A DNA stretch of 64,000 bases, taken from the NCBI GenBank assembly GCA_009103225.1, contig RHPI01001567.1:1-64000 (forward strand), read 5' to 3'. The position numbers were made by a program, and so were the translations under genes. Source of the DNA: Chlorokybus atmophyticus. Lineage: Eukaryota; Plantae; Mesostigma and Chlorokybus algae. Each line of letters begins with the position of its first letter. Positions within the stretch are counted from its first letter, which is position 1. The notes below the pieces were generated by a model. It did no database searches and was not told the origin of the DNA. It saw only the letters and a program-made list of their open reading frames with translations. This document shows, one piece after another, positions 63,531 through 64,000 of this stretch.

Positions 63531-64000
63531 GGTACGCTCAACAGTCACATGCATTTCCTTGCAAGAGCAATTTGTTTTTTAGCGCAGTCCATGTGATATA
63601 TGTAGCGTGGCTGCAGGCCTCCACTATTCACCCATACCCACCCTACAGTCAAGCCGACATGGCGGAAGCAAGAGCAGATAGACAGAGCTGGGCGGCGGTA
63701 TGTTGTTGCTAATCTCGCTGTGCATGTTTACTGCAATGTCGGCTCCAATGCATGCCTACCTTTGCATGCTAGGATGTGCGTGAGCGTGCGAAGTCGCGCG
63801 CGCGTGCCGAACGAAGTAGGCTGGGTTTGAGCACAGGAGCGCGTGGCCATTCGTCCGGCATTCAACCAATAGTGCATCAACCAGCAATGACGCAGTCCAT
63901 GCAATCATTCGTGCATCAACCAGCAATGCCGCAGGTGACTGTTCGAAGCAACCAACTGATGACGATGTGACGCAGTTGACTATTGCAATTGCAGTGTCGC

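Overview
Eukaryotic nuclear DNA, probably from a green-lineage (streptophyte-like) alga. This is inferred from an intact RUS2 gene, a land-plant PDF1/meiosis-5-type domain, short spliceosomal introns and a plant-type tRNA-iMet PBS. Bases 1-27 kb are an almost continuous, decayed transposon island read from my manual translations. In order: a Helitron Rep gene (minus, running off the left edge); an 8.6-kb AcademX-like element (coiled coil + DDE transposase + truncated XPG/PIN domain) with palindromic subterminal arrays; a CACTA/EnSpm transposase split by a full-length Ty3/gypsy chromovirus (5-bp TSD, ~97% identical LTRs); and an intron-containing CryptonF-like tyrosine recombinase with a GCR1_C-like tail. 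Bases 30-43 kb hold two related, intron-containing DD35D pogo/Fot1-like elements with TIRs and TA TSDs. One sits inside a ~0.6-kb non-autonomous element, and between them lies a diverged relic of a protein also encoded in the Academ-like element. Host-type genes follow: a spliced secreted protein with an unusual NIDO + PKD + PKD + PDF1-like architecture (43.2-47.4 kb), an unknown spliced gene, and RUS2 with a probable GC-AG intron. The right end has a 53-bp palindromic minisatellite, a decayed unknown gene and a possible second CACTA transposase N-terminus. There are three multi-base assembly gaps plus three single Ns, and two very long microsatellites. All domain assignments are motif recognition by eye, not database searches.
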